This document shows positions 43,184 through 52,296 of a stretch of 64,000 nucleotides of DNA, one piece after another. The translations under genes were made by a program, and so were the position numbers. The stretch's first letter is position 1, and the number at the start of each line of letters is the position of its first letter. The stretch covers positions 458-64,457 of the forward strand of contig CAVQGL010000004.1 of NCBI GenBank assembly GCA_963712035.1, given 5' to 3'. Origin of the DNA: an uncultured Acidobacteriaceae bacterium. Its GTDB lineage: Bacteria; Acidobacteriota; Terriglobia; Terriglobales; Acidobacteriaceae. The notes below the pieces were generated by a model, which worked only from the letters and a program-made list of their open reading frames with translations, did no database searches and was not told the DNA's origin.

Positions 43184-44068
43184 GTGCTGGCTTCAGGCGC
43201 AGCGCCGCAAGTAGCGGCCGAGCCACAGGCGGCGCCAGCGCCGCTGCCCGCGCCAGCCGCGCCACCTGCCACGACCATCAGGAACGATGGCAATCTGGGC
43301 GGGACCATCCCCGGAACTATCCCTGGGGCCATCGCTCCACCGACTATTCCGCAACTGCCGCGCGTGTTAGCGATACCCGCCGTTCCGCCGATCCTTGCCG
43401 TCGATAGCAATAATGATGTGACTTATCGCTCCAGCAGCTTCAACGGCAGTATGGACTTCGCCATTGTTTCCGGCGACTCGGTGACCATGAACGGATCGGA
43501 TGACGACCGCCGTGCGGTGGAAGCGCTGCGAAAGAAAATTTCCGGCGATTTCATTTGGTTCATCCACAACGGAAATGCCTATGTCATCAACGATGTGACA
43601 ACTGTGCAAGGCGCTAAACAGCTTTATGCCCCGATGGACGAACTGGGCAAACAGCAAGAAGAGCTAGGAAAGCAACAAGAAGAACTGGGCAAGCAACAGG
43701 AAGCGCTGGGCAAACAACAGGAAGGCGTTCGGGTAGATGTCCCCGCCAATTTGACGCAAAGGCTACAAGCATTGGAGGCAAAACTCAAGGCGCTGGGCGG
43801 ATCGGCTGACATGGACCAACTCGGTCGTCTTCAAGGCGAACTGGGCGATCTGCAAGGCCAACTTGGATCCTTGCAAGGCAAAGCCGGCGAAGCTCAGGGC
43901 AGGTTGGGCGAGCAGCAAGGCGAGTTAGGACGGAAGCAAGGTGAACTCGGCCGCCGCCAGGGCGAGTTGGGCAGGGAGCAAGCAAGAATCGCACGTGAGG
44001 CGGCGCGCCAAATGCAGGACATCATCAGCAAGGCTCTGAGTAACGGGACTGCGAGACGAGTCGAATAG
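43184..44068 (+). CDS. C-terminal part of a heptad-repeat protein, probably 5'-truncated (recalls C-terminal regions of acidobacterial BlaR1/M56-type proteins)
   Basis: The frame opens only at 43175, right next to the RIT, with no signal peptide or TM. The sequence has a Pro/Ala-rich linker, FAIVSGDSVTMNGSDDD...GDFIWFIHNGNAYVI, then ELGKQQE and QGELGRx heptads. Confidence 0.5.
   Translation: MLASGAAPQVAAEPQAAPAPLPAPAAPPATTIRNDGNLGGTIPGTIPGAIAPPTIPQLPRVLAIPAVPPILAVDSNNDVTYRSSSFNGSMDFAIVSGDSVTMNGSDDDRRAVEALRKKISGDFIWFIHNGNAYVINDVTTVQGAKQLYAPMDELGKQQEELGKQQEELGKQQEALGKQQEGVRVDVPANLTQRLQALEAKLKALGGSADMDQLGRLQGELGDLQGQLGSLQGKAGEAQGRLGEQQGELGRKQGELGRRQGELGREQARIAREAARQMQDIISKALSNGTARRVE
43640..43723 (+). 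repeat. Four tandem 21-bp units encoding (E/A)LGKQQE
   Basis: GAACTGGGCAAACAGCAAGAA / GAGCTAGGAAAGCAACAAGAA / GAACTGGGCAAGCAACAGGAA / GCGCTGGGCAAACAACAGGAA. Confidence 0.9.
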
Positions 44069-44111
44069 GCAGAGCGTCGAGTCCTGGCTCGCGGGGAAGA
44101 CTTAGCCCGCG

Positions 44112-44348
44112 CTAGCTGCCGCCTTCCGCCTGCTTTACTGCGGACTCCGCAGCCTCGAAACCCATTTTGCTGTGGGTGCCATCGCAGAAGGGCTTGTTGA
44201 CCGACGCGCCGCAGCGGCACAAAGCGAAGTTCTGTTTGCCAGTGAGATCGTACTTGTTGCCGTCGGCGTCTACCAATTCCACCGGACACTGAGATGCGTC
44301 CACCAGGTAAGGGCCATTCTTTCTAACCTTGATTTTCAGTTCGGGCAT
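44112..44348 (-). CDS. CDGSH-type iron-sulfur domain protein
   Basis: 78 aa with CRCGASVNKPFCDGTH. Confidence 0.85.
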   Translation of the reverse strand: MPELKIKVRKNGPYLVDASQCPVELVDADGNKYDLTGKQNFALCRCGASVNKPFCDGTHSKMGFEAAESAVKQAEGGS

Positions 44349-44532
44349 GAAGCCTCCATAGGATCGGTTTAGTACTTATATGAAGATACCATCGAAGATG
44401 GTTGGAGTGAGGCGCTGGGCGCAACTCAGTTCTTTTCCAGCCAAAACCTTCTAACCGCCGAGATCGCAGAGAAAGTCCAAAGGCTAGGCCGCAGGAAGCT
44501 TTTCGCGGGCGAGGGCGCCCGCGCCACTCCGA

Positions 44533-45657
44533 CTACGCTGCGATGGGCTCCGCTCTTAGCATGTTGCGGTAGAGTTGGAAATACTCGTCCAACATGCGCT
44601 TGCTGGTAAAGCGATTCCGTGCGCGCTGATAGGCGCGATTGCCGTAGGCGCGGCACAGTTCCGGGTCCTGCCGCAAATTGCGGATGAGCATCGCGAGGCT
44701 GCCTTCATCGTTCGCCTGAAAAAAGAGGGCGGCGTCTCCCCAAATTTCGCGGAAGGAAGGAATGTCGTTGGCTACGATGGCGCAGCGCGAAAGCGCCGCC
44801 TCCAGGACAGAGACGCCAAATGGTTCGTAGCGAGAAGTCGCCGCGTAGATGGAGGCGCGGCTATAGAGACTACGCATCTGCGCCTCGTTCTGCGGTCCTC
44901 GCAGGGCCACGTTCACATCGGCGACGGCGAGTTTCACATCGGTGCGGATAGGGGATTTCGGGGCCAGCGCCGGAGTTTCATCACTCACGATGCACACTGG
45001 CACGGGATGAGTGCGTTGGGTCAGGAGAGATACTTGTTTGCCGACGTCCCAGAAGCGGCCCACGGCAAGAACCGAATCTTCCTTGGCTACGTACGGATTA
45101 AAGAGCAGCGGGTTGCGGCCGGGATAGATCACGACGTCCCTGGCAGGGCGCATGTAGGAGGAATGAAGCGAGTGCAGCATCCAAGCGCTGGGAGCTACTA
45201 GCGTACTGGCCTGCGAGATTCCTCTCATCATGATTTCGCGATACCAGCGCAGCCAGCGGCTGTCGTCGGGTTCGCGCCCATGAACCTCCTTCCACCAAGT
45301 GATCAGGTCGCCATGAGCGACCACAACGCGAGGCACATCGCCGGGAAGGCTGCCATAACAAACGTGATTCAAGTGCAACAAGTCGGGCTTCACTTCGCGC
45401 ACGACGGCACTGAGGTATGCGAAAGAATCCTTGAGATCCCATTCGCCCTCCTGCATCCAGTCCAAGCGAAAAGCGGTGGGGCGATATTCTAGCCCGGATA
45501 AGTTTTCCATCCAGACGGTTTGTTGCGGCAGCGGAATTTCGCCGAGGCTCACCAGCGTGACGCGTGTACCGGCGCCGATTAGTCCGGTGACGAGTTCGCG
45601 GGTATAGCTCCACACCCCGCTCAAGGTGTCGGTTGTGACCAGAACATGCACCAGCAA
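44533..45657 (-). CDS. Glycosyltransferase family 4 (GT-B)
   Basis: 374 aa. The N-terminal MLVHVLVTTDTLSGVW and C-terminal SRYEPFGVSVLEAALSRCAIVAND match the E-x7-E region typical of GT4. Confidence 0.85.
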   Translation of the reverse strand: MLVHVLVTTDTLSGVWSYTRELVTGLIGAGTRVTLVSLGEIPLPQQTVWMENLSGLEYRPTAFRLDWMQEGEWDLKDSFAYLSAVVREVKPDLLHLNHVCYGSLPGDVPRVVVAHGDLITWWKEVHGREPDDSRWLRWYREIMMRGISQASTLVAPSAWMLHSLHSSYMRPARDVVIYPGRNPLLFNPYVAKEDSVLAVGRFWDVGKQVSLLTQRTHPVPVCIVSDETPALAPKSPIRTDVKLAVADVNVALRGPQNEAQMRSLYSRASIYAATSRYEPFGVSVLEAALSRCAIVANDIPSFREIWGDAALFFQANDEGSLAMLIRNLRQDPELCRAYGNRAYQRARNRFTSKRMLDEYFQLYRNMLRAEPIAA

Positions 45658-45833
45658 TCCCCAGGAGAAATGGACGGAAAGCCGCGATGGGCAAGCTTTC
45701 TAAGCATCCAGCGATGCCCCATTGTACTGGTTGATTGCCGGAAAAATTGAAGAATTTCCTGTCAATAAATTATGCGAGCGCAAACAATTGCACACACGCG
45801 AAAGCCCACACGCCGACAAGGTTGAGATAAGTG

Positions 45834-46322
45834 TTATTCCCCGATGCCCAGCTTGCCGCAAATCTGCTGCGCGAGCTGATGCACGTTTTGTATTCTGGTT
45901 TGCGCCATCGCGGGGAGTTCCGGCGACTTCAACGCCATCTCGCAAGAGACCAGGATGGCCGTCGCAGTGCTTTTCAATTCGCTGCGAAGTTCCTGCTCCG
46001 CGATCTGGCGGGCGGCCTTCCGTTCCTTTTCGCGGCGCTGCAGCGCGACCCGCAGCTCACGGATCACGCGCTCCGAGCTGTTAATGGCAAAGTTGACGTA
46101 CACCGGAACCGCGGTGCCAAGGTGCTGCAGCAAAGAATCGCTTTCGTCTGGTTCGAGATCAACCGCCGATTGGTCGATCAGAACTGCCGAAAAATCCTGG
46201 GCCCGCAGACAGCTAGCGGCTTGCCGTAAAGTGGAGGCTACTTGCGCAGCCTCAGAAGTGGCCTGGTGCAACGCCTGGGCGCAATCCTGACCTCGTGCCG
46301 AAGGCGTAATCAGTAGAATCAT
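45834..46322 (-). CDS. Receiver-like (pseudo-receiver) domain protein with C-terminal helical region
   Basis: MILLITPS...FSAVLIDQS resembles a REC fold but lacks the N-terminal acidic pair. It lies downstream of the sigma54 activator on the same strand. Confidence 0.45.
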   Translation of the reverse strand: MILLITPSARGQDCAQALHQATSEAAQVASTLRQAASCLRAQDFSAVLIDQSAVDLEPDESDSLLQHLGTAVPVYVNFAINSSERVIRELRVALQRREKERKAARQIAEQELRSELKSTATAILVSCEMALKSPELPAMAQTRIQNVHQLAQQICGKLGIGE

Positions 46323-46435
46323 GCTTGGTCAAATTGCACGCCAATCGCCACAGCTCAGGCATTGAGAACAAGAGGGTTACGCTTGGGACGGCGGGCTAGT
46401 ATTTCCCGTCGTGGGAAGCTTTGCCCGCTTCTGAA

Positions 46436-47842
46436 TCACTGCGGGGCGCAGGCGTACTCCTTCAGCTTGCGATAGAGGGTGGTCTTGCCTATACCGAGCA
46501 GCCGGGCCGCCATCAACTTGTCGCCGTTCAGATGAGTGGTGGTATTCAGGATGGTCTGTTTCTCCAATTCCGCCATGGGAAGAATTCTCGCTGAACTTTC
46601 GGCACTCTCCGGCGTCTGAACAAAACTGTGGATGGTGCTGGGCAAATCCTCCGTATTGATTAACGGTCCGGTGGTCAGCGCGCCGGCGCGATCCAGACAG
46701 TTTTCCAACTCCCGCACATTGCCCGGCCAATCGTAGGCCAACATCGCCTTTAGGGCGTCATCGCTCAGCGTGCGCTCCTGGCCCGAGGCCCGCTCCATCC
46801 GTTCCAGGAAAAATCCCACCAGCAGGGGGATGTCCTGACGGCGCTCCCGCAAGGGAGGAATTCGCAGGCTAAGCACGTTCAGACGGAAGTACAGATCACG
46901 GCGAAAGGTTCCCTGGGCAACGGCTTGCTCCAAATCGCGATTCGTAGCAGCGAGGATACGCACGTTGATGGGAGTGCGTTTAGTGCTGCCGACCGGGCGG
47001 ATTTCCTTTTCCTGGATGGCGCGCAGCAGTTTGGCCTGGAGATCCACCGGCAGTTCTCCGATCTCATCCAGAAACACCGTGCCACCCTCGGCGATTGCCA
47101 ACAATCCTTCTTTCGCTTGCACCGCGCCGGTAAAGGCGCCTTTCACGTAACCGAAGAGCTCGCTTTCGATTAGCGTCGGAACCAGCGAGCCACAATCCAC
47201 CGGGATGAATGGCTTGTCGCGATAAGGACCGGAGAAGTGGATGGACCGCGCCACCATCTCCTTGCCAGTGCCGCTTTCGCCCAGGATGAGCACCGGGTGA
47301 TTGCTCTGCGCAGCTTTGGCGATGATGCGGAATAGTTTTTCCATCTCGGGCGCGCGGCCGACGATGCCGCCGAAACCTTGCTGGGATTTGATCTTTTCGC
47401 GCAGGACGCGATTTTCGGTTTTCAACTTTAGATGAGTGGATACGCGATCCAACAAGAGCCTGAGTTCCTCCATACTGAAGGGCTTGGTCATGTAGTCATA
47501 AGCGCCGTTTTTCATGGCTTGCACGGCGGAGTGCACGGTACCGTATCCCGTGACCACGATGACCACGGCGTCCGGCCTGCGCTCTTTGATCTGGCGCAGA
47601 GCTTCCAGGCCGCCCGCGCCCTGAAGTTTGAGGTCGAGCAGCACTACATCGATGCTCTGCGCGTCCAGTTGACGGTAGGCATGTTCGGCGGAATCGGCGA
47701 CATGAGTATTGAAGCCCAGCGATTGTGCGACCTCGCTGCAGACTTCGCGAATGGCGCGTTCGTCGTCAACAATCATCAGGTTAAGAAAATTGGCGGCTTC
47801 GATTTGGGGTTGGGGAAATGCAATGGCTGCAGCGGTCGTCAT
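46436..47842 (-). CDS. Sigma54-dependent response regulator (REC + AAA+ + Fis-type HTH; NtrC family)
   Basis: LMIVDDE...DVVLLDLKL, GESGTGKE, GAFTGA, ELGELPVDLQAKLLR, and the C-terminal KLMAARLLGIGKTTLYRKLKEY. The ATG is at 47840-47842 with GAGAGG upstream. Confidence 0.9.
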   Translation of the reverse strand: MTTAAAIAFPQPQIEAANFLNLMIVDDERAIREVCSEVAQSLGFNTHVADSAEHAYRQLDAQSIDVVLLDLKLQGAGGLEALRQIKERRPDAVVIVVTGYGTVHSAVQAMKNGAYDYMTKPFSMEELRLLLDRVSTHLKLKTENRVLREKIKSQQGFGGIVGRAPEMEKLFRIIAKAAQSNHPVLILGESGTGKEMVARSIHFSGPYRDKPFIPVDCGSLVPTLIESELFGYVKGAFTGAVQAKEGLLAIAEGGTVFLDEIGELPVDLQAKLLRAIQEKEIRPVGSTKRTPINVRILAATNRDLEQAVAQGTFRRDLYFRLNVLSLRIPPLRERRQDIPLLVGFFLERMERASGQERTLSDDALKAMLAYDWPGNVRELENCLDRAGALTTGPLINTEDLPSTIHSFVQTPESAESSARILPMAELEKQTILNTTTHLNGDKLMAARLLGIGKTTLYRKLKEYACAPQ

Positions 47843-47867
47843 GGGTATCGCCTCTCTAAGCTCGAAT

Positions 47868-48170
47868 CTAACTTCTAGCGGGTCGCAATTTCTTGTCGGG
47901 AGGACTCTCGGCGAAACGCGCCTGGGGCAAACGAACGCAAATCCGTGTTCCCTGGTTTGGTTCGCTATGCAGTTCCAAGCTCCCGTTCGCCTCACTCACG
48001 ATGCGCTGCACCGTGGCTAGCCCAAGCCCGTTGCCCTGGCCGGCAGCTTTCGTAGTGAAAAAGCATTCAAATACGCGATCGCGGGTGGCGGCATCCATGC
48101 CGCAGCCGCTATCGGCGACGCTAAATTCCACGTGTCCCTCGAACAACTCGGAAGGAGCGGCACTCTGCGA
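47868..48170 (-). pseudogene. Histidine kinase remnant (HATPase_c G1/G2 part only)
   Basis: FSVADSGCGMD...FFTTKAAGQGNGLGLATVQRIV...LHSEPNQGTRICVRLP. The frame opens only 8 nt from the stop of the neighbouring oxidoreductase gene. HisKA/DHp and sensor parts are absent. Confidence 0.75.
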
Positions 48171-48178
48171 TCAAGAAA

Positions 48179-49168
48179 TCACAATCGGATTTCTTCTCCG
48201 GTTTCCGCTGATTGCTTACTCGCACTCAGCAACTGCATTACCGCGTACGATTCTTCCGGAGGGCAAATGGGAGTCGTGCCCGGATTTTCTATGCATGCCG
48301 CGAAATGCTTCAGTTGCGCTGCAAACACATCTACGCGGCCTACCTTAACCTGCTGATTCGTTTCGTTCGAACCAAAGAGGGTCAACTGCTCCTCCCACTT
48401 GCCCTTCTTGTTCACGTCGCCCGCGGAGCGAAAACTGTATTCGATCACCGCATTCGACCCGGCGATACGCATGCCGGCGGACAAAGGCCATGAGTCCGGC
48501 ATCAGGTAGCTCGACTCAATCTGGGCAATCGCTCTTTCGTACGAAAGCGAAGTGACCACATGGTCCCAGGCGCCTGTGGAGGATTTTAGTCCGAGCGAGT
48601 AAAGCTTTCGCGGTTTCCCCAACATCCAAAAAATGAAATCCACGTCATGCACCTGTAAATCGAGCAGGCAACCCCCGCTTTTTGCAGGCTCGCGAAACCA
48701 CTCCGACCATGGCGGATAGGTCGCCAACCGGTAGGAGTTCACCGAATGAAGGGCACCGAGAGCGCCGCTCTTCACAAGTTCCCGCATACGCACATACTGC
48801 GGCCAAAAACGCAGCACTTGCGAAACCATGAATGTAACGCCCGCTTCTTTGACAGCCGATACTATGCGCGCCGCCGAATCGGCATCGAGCGCCAGCGGTT
48901 TTTCGCAAAGCACATGCCGTCCATTGGTGAGTGCATCAATAACGGATCGCTCGTGAAGAAAAGTAGGTAAGCAAACCAGAATCGCGTCGAGGCGGCGATC
49001 ACGATATAAATCCTCGTAGGAAACTACTTCCAACTCGGGGTAGGACTCATGAACCTCGTCCGCGCGCGCAGAAGCCACCGCGACCACCCGCATTTCCGGG
49101 ATCGAGCGTGCGGCTTCGTAATGGGTCTGGCCGATGAACCCCATGCCTGCAATTCCGATCCTCAGCAT
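48179..49168 (-). CDS. Gfo/Idh/MocA family oxidoreductase
   Basis: MLRIGIAGMGFIGQTH Rossmann start, VLCEKPLA; 329 aa. Confidence 0.85.
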   Translation of the reverse strand: MLRIGIAGMGFIGQTHYEAARSIPEMRVVAVASARADEVHESYPELEVVSYEDLYRDRRLDAILVCLPTFLHERSVIDALTNGRHVLCEKPLALDADSAARIVSAVKEAGVTFMVSQVLRFWPQYVRMRELVKSGALGALHSVNSYRLATYPPWSEWFREPAKSGGCLLDLQVHDVDFIFWMLGKPRKLYSLGLKSSTGAWDHVVTSLSYERAIAQIESSYLMPDSWPLSAGMRIAGSNAVIEYSFRSAGDVNKKGKWEEQLTLFGSNETNQQVKVGRVDVFAAQLKHFAACIENPGTTPICPPEESYAVMQLLSASKQSAETGEEIRL

Positions 49169-49435
49169 ATGGTTTGACCTGGCAAGCTTATCGGGACCTC
49201 GAAAACGTACTTTTGCATGCGTAGCGATAGAAATTTTTATCGTCGAGGCGCTAGAAACAATGGATAGTGCCCGAAATCTGTGTCAACCAGTTAAACACAT
49301 AAATGATACCAAGTGAGCGGATTATAAGAAAATTATTCTCGCTTAAATATCGATCACGATATTTTAGTTTGACATTCGCTTCTGCCATCTGATATTGCAA
49401 AAGGGTACTGCAAAATGGGTGTTAGGGGCGAAATC

Positions 49436-50785
49436 ATGAGAATGCAATCGCGTCGAGAGTTCTTGGGTTCCGCTGTCTCCGGGGTTGCCGGTTTCTCTTT
49501 AATGGCCAACAAGGGAATGTTTGCACAATCGACGCCTGCAGAGGAGTTAGCGGTACTCGGGGGAAAGCCGGTTCGCTCCACTCCCTTTCCGGGGTGGCCA
49601 ATCGTCGCGGGGAATGATACCGCAGCCTGGGAGGCGGTGCTTCGCAAGGGCGAATGGTGCCGCCTGTCTGCGCCCGAGACTGGCTACGTAGGACAGTTTG
49701 AAAAAGCCTGGGCGGAAATGACAGGCGCGCAACGTTGCCTTGCGACCTCAAGCGGTACGACGGCCTTGCTTACGGCTCTTAACGCCATGGACATCGGCCC
49801 TGGGGATGAAGTGATCGTCCCACCTTATACGTTCGTAGCGACGATCAACGTTGTGTTTCTCCAGCATGCTCTGCCGGTCTATGTGGACACGGATCGGAGG
49901 ACTTTCCAGATCGACGCCGAAAAGATTGAAGCCGCGATTACACCCCGGACGAAATGCATCTTGCCGGTGCACCTTGGCGGCAATCCGGTGAACTTGGACA
50001 GGATTTTGGCCGTCGCGCAGAAACATGGTGTTCGAGTTCTTGAAGATGCCTGCCAGGCGCATCTTGCGGAGTGGCGGGGAAAGAAAGTGGGCACCCTGGG
50101 GGATCTGGGATGCTTCAGCTTTCAGGCTTCAAAGAATCTGAATTGCGGAGAAGGCGGGGCCATTCTCGGCAATAACCCTGAACTGATGAACCTTTGTGAA
50201 ACCTTTCACAACAACGGCCACATGATGTCGGACGCTTACACACATGACGTTATCAACGGCAGTAATCATCGCCTTACTGAATTTCAAGGCGCGCTGCTGG
50301 GAGCGCAATTGACTCGCGTCAAGGCGCAAGCCGAAGCGCGTACCGTGAACGCGGACTACTTGACCAAAATGCTCGGTGAAATTCCCGGCATTCATCCGGC
50401 GGATAAGTATGAAGGCACCACCCGCAACGCCTATCATCTTTATATGTTGCGATACAATCCAGCGGAATTCGCGGAGCTTGCGCGAGCGAAATTCATTCAC
50501 GCGCTCAACGCCGAAGGTATTCCGTGTTCCGGCGGATATACGCCGCTAAACAAAGAAGGATTTATGAAGGCGACTTTGTCGTCCCGGGCTTTCAAAAGAA
50601 TCTATTCCGAGCAAGAACGCAAGGATTACGAAGAACGCAATTACTGTCCCGAAAACGACAAGCTTTGCACCGAAGCGGTGTGGTTTGACCAGACAATGTT
50701 GCTAGGAAGCCGGAACGACATGGAGCAAATAGCCGAGGCGGTACGCAAGATCCGGCTGCAGGCAGCGAGTCTGGTCCGGAGCTAA
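49436..50785 (+). CDS. DegT/DnrJ/EryC1/StrS-type PLP aminotransferase with twin-arginine signal peptide
   Basis: MRMQSRREFLGSAVSGVAGFSLMA (SRRxFL Tat motif). ATSSGTTAL, and FSFQASKNLNCGEGG (PLP-lysine motif). AGGGG lies 7 nt upstream of the ATG. Confidence 0.8.
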   Translation: MRMQSRREFLGSAVSGVAGFSLMANKGMFAQSTPAEELAVLGGKPVRSTPFPGWPIVAGNDTAAWEAVLRKGEWCRLSAPETGYVGQFEKAWAEMTGAQRCLATSSGTTALLTALNAMDIGPGDEVIVPPYTFVATINVVFLQHALPVYVDTDRRTFQIDAEKIEAAITPRTKCILPVHLGGNPVNLDRILAVAQKHGVRVLEDACQAHLAEWRGKKVGTLGDLGCFSFQASKNLNCGEGGAILGNNPELMNLCETFHNNGHMMSDAYTHDVINGSNHRLTEFQGALLGAQLTRVKAQAEARTVNADYLTKMLGEIPGIHPADKYEGTTRNAYHLYMLRYNPAEFAELARAKFIHALNAEGIPCSGGYTPLNKEGFMKATLSSRAFKRIYSEQERKDYEERNYCPENDKLCTEAVWFDQTMLLGSRNDMEQIAEAVRKIRLQAASLVRS

Positions 50786-51009
50786 ATTGGTTCTGTGGGC
50801 ATGTAGCCCGGCTGGAAGCCTTCACGTCCTTGACCGTTGGCGGCCGCAAGACTGTAGATTTCTCGATCTGGCCTTTGCCATTGACGGAATTTCTCCCATT
50901 GCCTAACATTTCCAGTCCTAACGAAGATCTGGAAGAATATCTGAATCAGTCTGCTTCGCGAACCAACCCGTCACATTGTTAGAGCAAAGCAGGAAGGGGC
51001 CGTCCATTC

Positions 51010-52290
51010 ATGAAGCATGTCGCGAAGAAGAGCGAACATGACAAACACGTCGTTGAAGCTCTGGTTAGGCGGTTTGGACCCGTGTCCCGTGTCGGCATTT
51101 ATAAGTTGACCAATTTCCGCCGCAACACTATTTCTTCGATCGTGCGACAACTTCTGCTCGAAGGCAGGCTGGTAGAAGACGGCCGCTCGAATAATCCGCT
51201 TGGCCGAAAGCAGATTTTGCTGCGCTCCAACGAAGAGTACGGCTTCATCCTCGGAGTTGAATTTGATGACGAGGCGATCGTGGCCGGCGTGATGGATCTG
51301 CGCCCCCAGGTCAAACGCAGCGTCCGCGAACTCACGGACTTAAACGGCGGCCGGGAAGGCTTGATCAAGCAGTTGAAATCCTGCCTGCGCCGGGTGATGC
51401 GCGAGGCCCGATTGGACGGAAAATCAGCAGTAGGCATCGGAATTGCCGACCCGGGCCTGGTGGATAGCAGAAATGGAGTCACGGTCACCTCATCGACCAT
51501 CGAGTTTTGGAATCAGGTTCCGCTGCAACGAATTTTCGAAGACGAGTTCGGCGTACCCGTGGTGATTGAGAGCAAAACGCGGACTAAGACTATTGCCGAG
51601 CGCATTTTGGGAGCCGGTCAGAAACAAGAAAACATGATTTACCTCGACTATGGCACCGGCATTGGCGCCGGCATCGTGGTTGACGGAAGGCTCCTGTACG
51701 GGCAGGATTGCGGGGTTGGAGAGATAGGGCATACTCACATGGGCGAAAATGGCCCGGCCTGCAAGTGCGGAAGCATCGGCTGCCTGGAAGCACTCGCCGG
51801 CGCCGCCGCCATCGAAACGCGAATCCGCAAAGCCCTCTCGGAAGGGGCGCTGTCGCAGGCGCTTGAGCTGGCCGGCGGCGATGCCAAAAAAATCACCGTA
51901 TGGAATGTCCTGATGGCGGCGAACGCTGGCGACAAGTTGTGCGGCAATATCGCCCTCGATATCGGACGCCTGCTTGGAACTGGCATCGCCAACCTGGTCA
52001 ATCTATTTAACCCGGCGGTCGTCGTTCTCGATAAGCGGCTCGCATTGGCCGGCGATGCCCTTCTCGAACAAGTCATGCGCACTGTAAAAGGCCACGCTCT
52101 TACCAGCTCTTCGGCGCGCTTGGCCATCCGCATGGGGGAACTCGGAGCAGAAGCAGGGTTGCTCGGCATTGGACTCGCTGTTCTGGAAAAACATTTCGAG
52201 ATTCCAGCCCTTCGGCCGCCAAGTTTCATGGTCGAATCAGCCTTCCCGAACGAAGCGGCGTTTGAAAGTTTATCGAAATCGCTCAGTTGA
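51010..52290 (+). CDS. ROK family transcriptional regulator
   Basis: N-terminal winged helix (VSRVGIYKLTNFRRNTISSIVRQLLLEG) and a ROK sugar-kinase fold with GEIGHTHMGENGPACKCGSIGCLE. Confidence 0.85.
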   Translation: MKHVAKKSEHDKHVVEALVRRFGPVSRVGIYKLTNFRRNTISSIVRQLLLEGRLVEDGRSNNPLGRKQILLRSNEEYGFILGVEFDDEAIVAGVMDLRPQVKRSVRELTDLNGGREGLIKQLKSCLRRVMREARLDGKSAVGIGIADPGLVDSRNGVTVTSSTIEFWNQVPLQRIFEDEFGVPVVIESKTRTKTIAERILGAGQKQENMIYLDYGTGIGAGIVVDGRLLYGQDCGVGEIGHTHMGENGPACKCGSIGCLEALAGAAAIETRIRKALSEGALSQALELAGGDAKKITVWNVLMAANAGDKLCGNIALDIGRLLGTGIANLVNLFNPAVVVLDKRLALAGDALLEQVMRTVKGHALTSSSARLAIRMGELGAEAGLLGIGLAVLEKHFEIPALRPPSFMVESAFPNEAAFESLSKSLS

Positions 52291-52296
52291 CAGCCT

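Noticed and set aside
43640-43723. Tandem repeats as a CRISPR-like array
   Set aside because: The 21-bp units are contiguous with no spacers, in frame, and encode a heptad repeat inside a protein.
46335-46350. Sigma54-type -24/-12 element (TGGCGATTGGCGTGCA on the minus strand, GG-N10-GC spacing) upstream of the pseudo-receiver gene
   Set aside because: It ends only 12 nt before the ATG, so transcription would be essentially leaderless. It also deviates from TGGCAC/TTGC. Evidence is insufficient.
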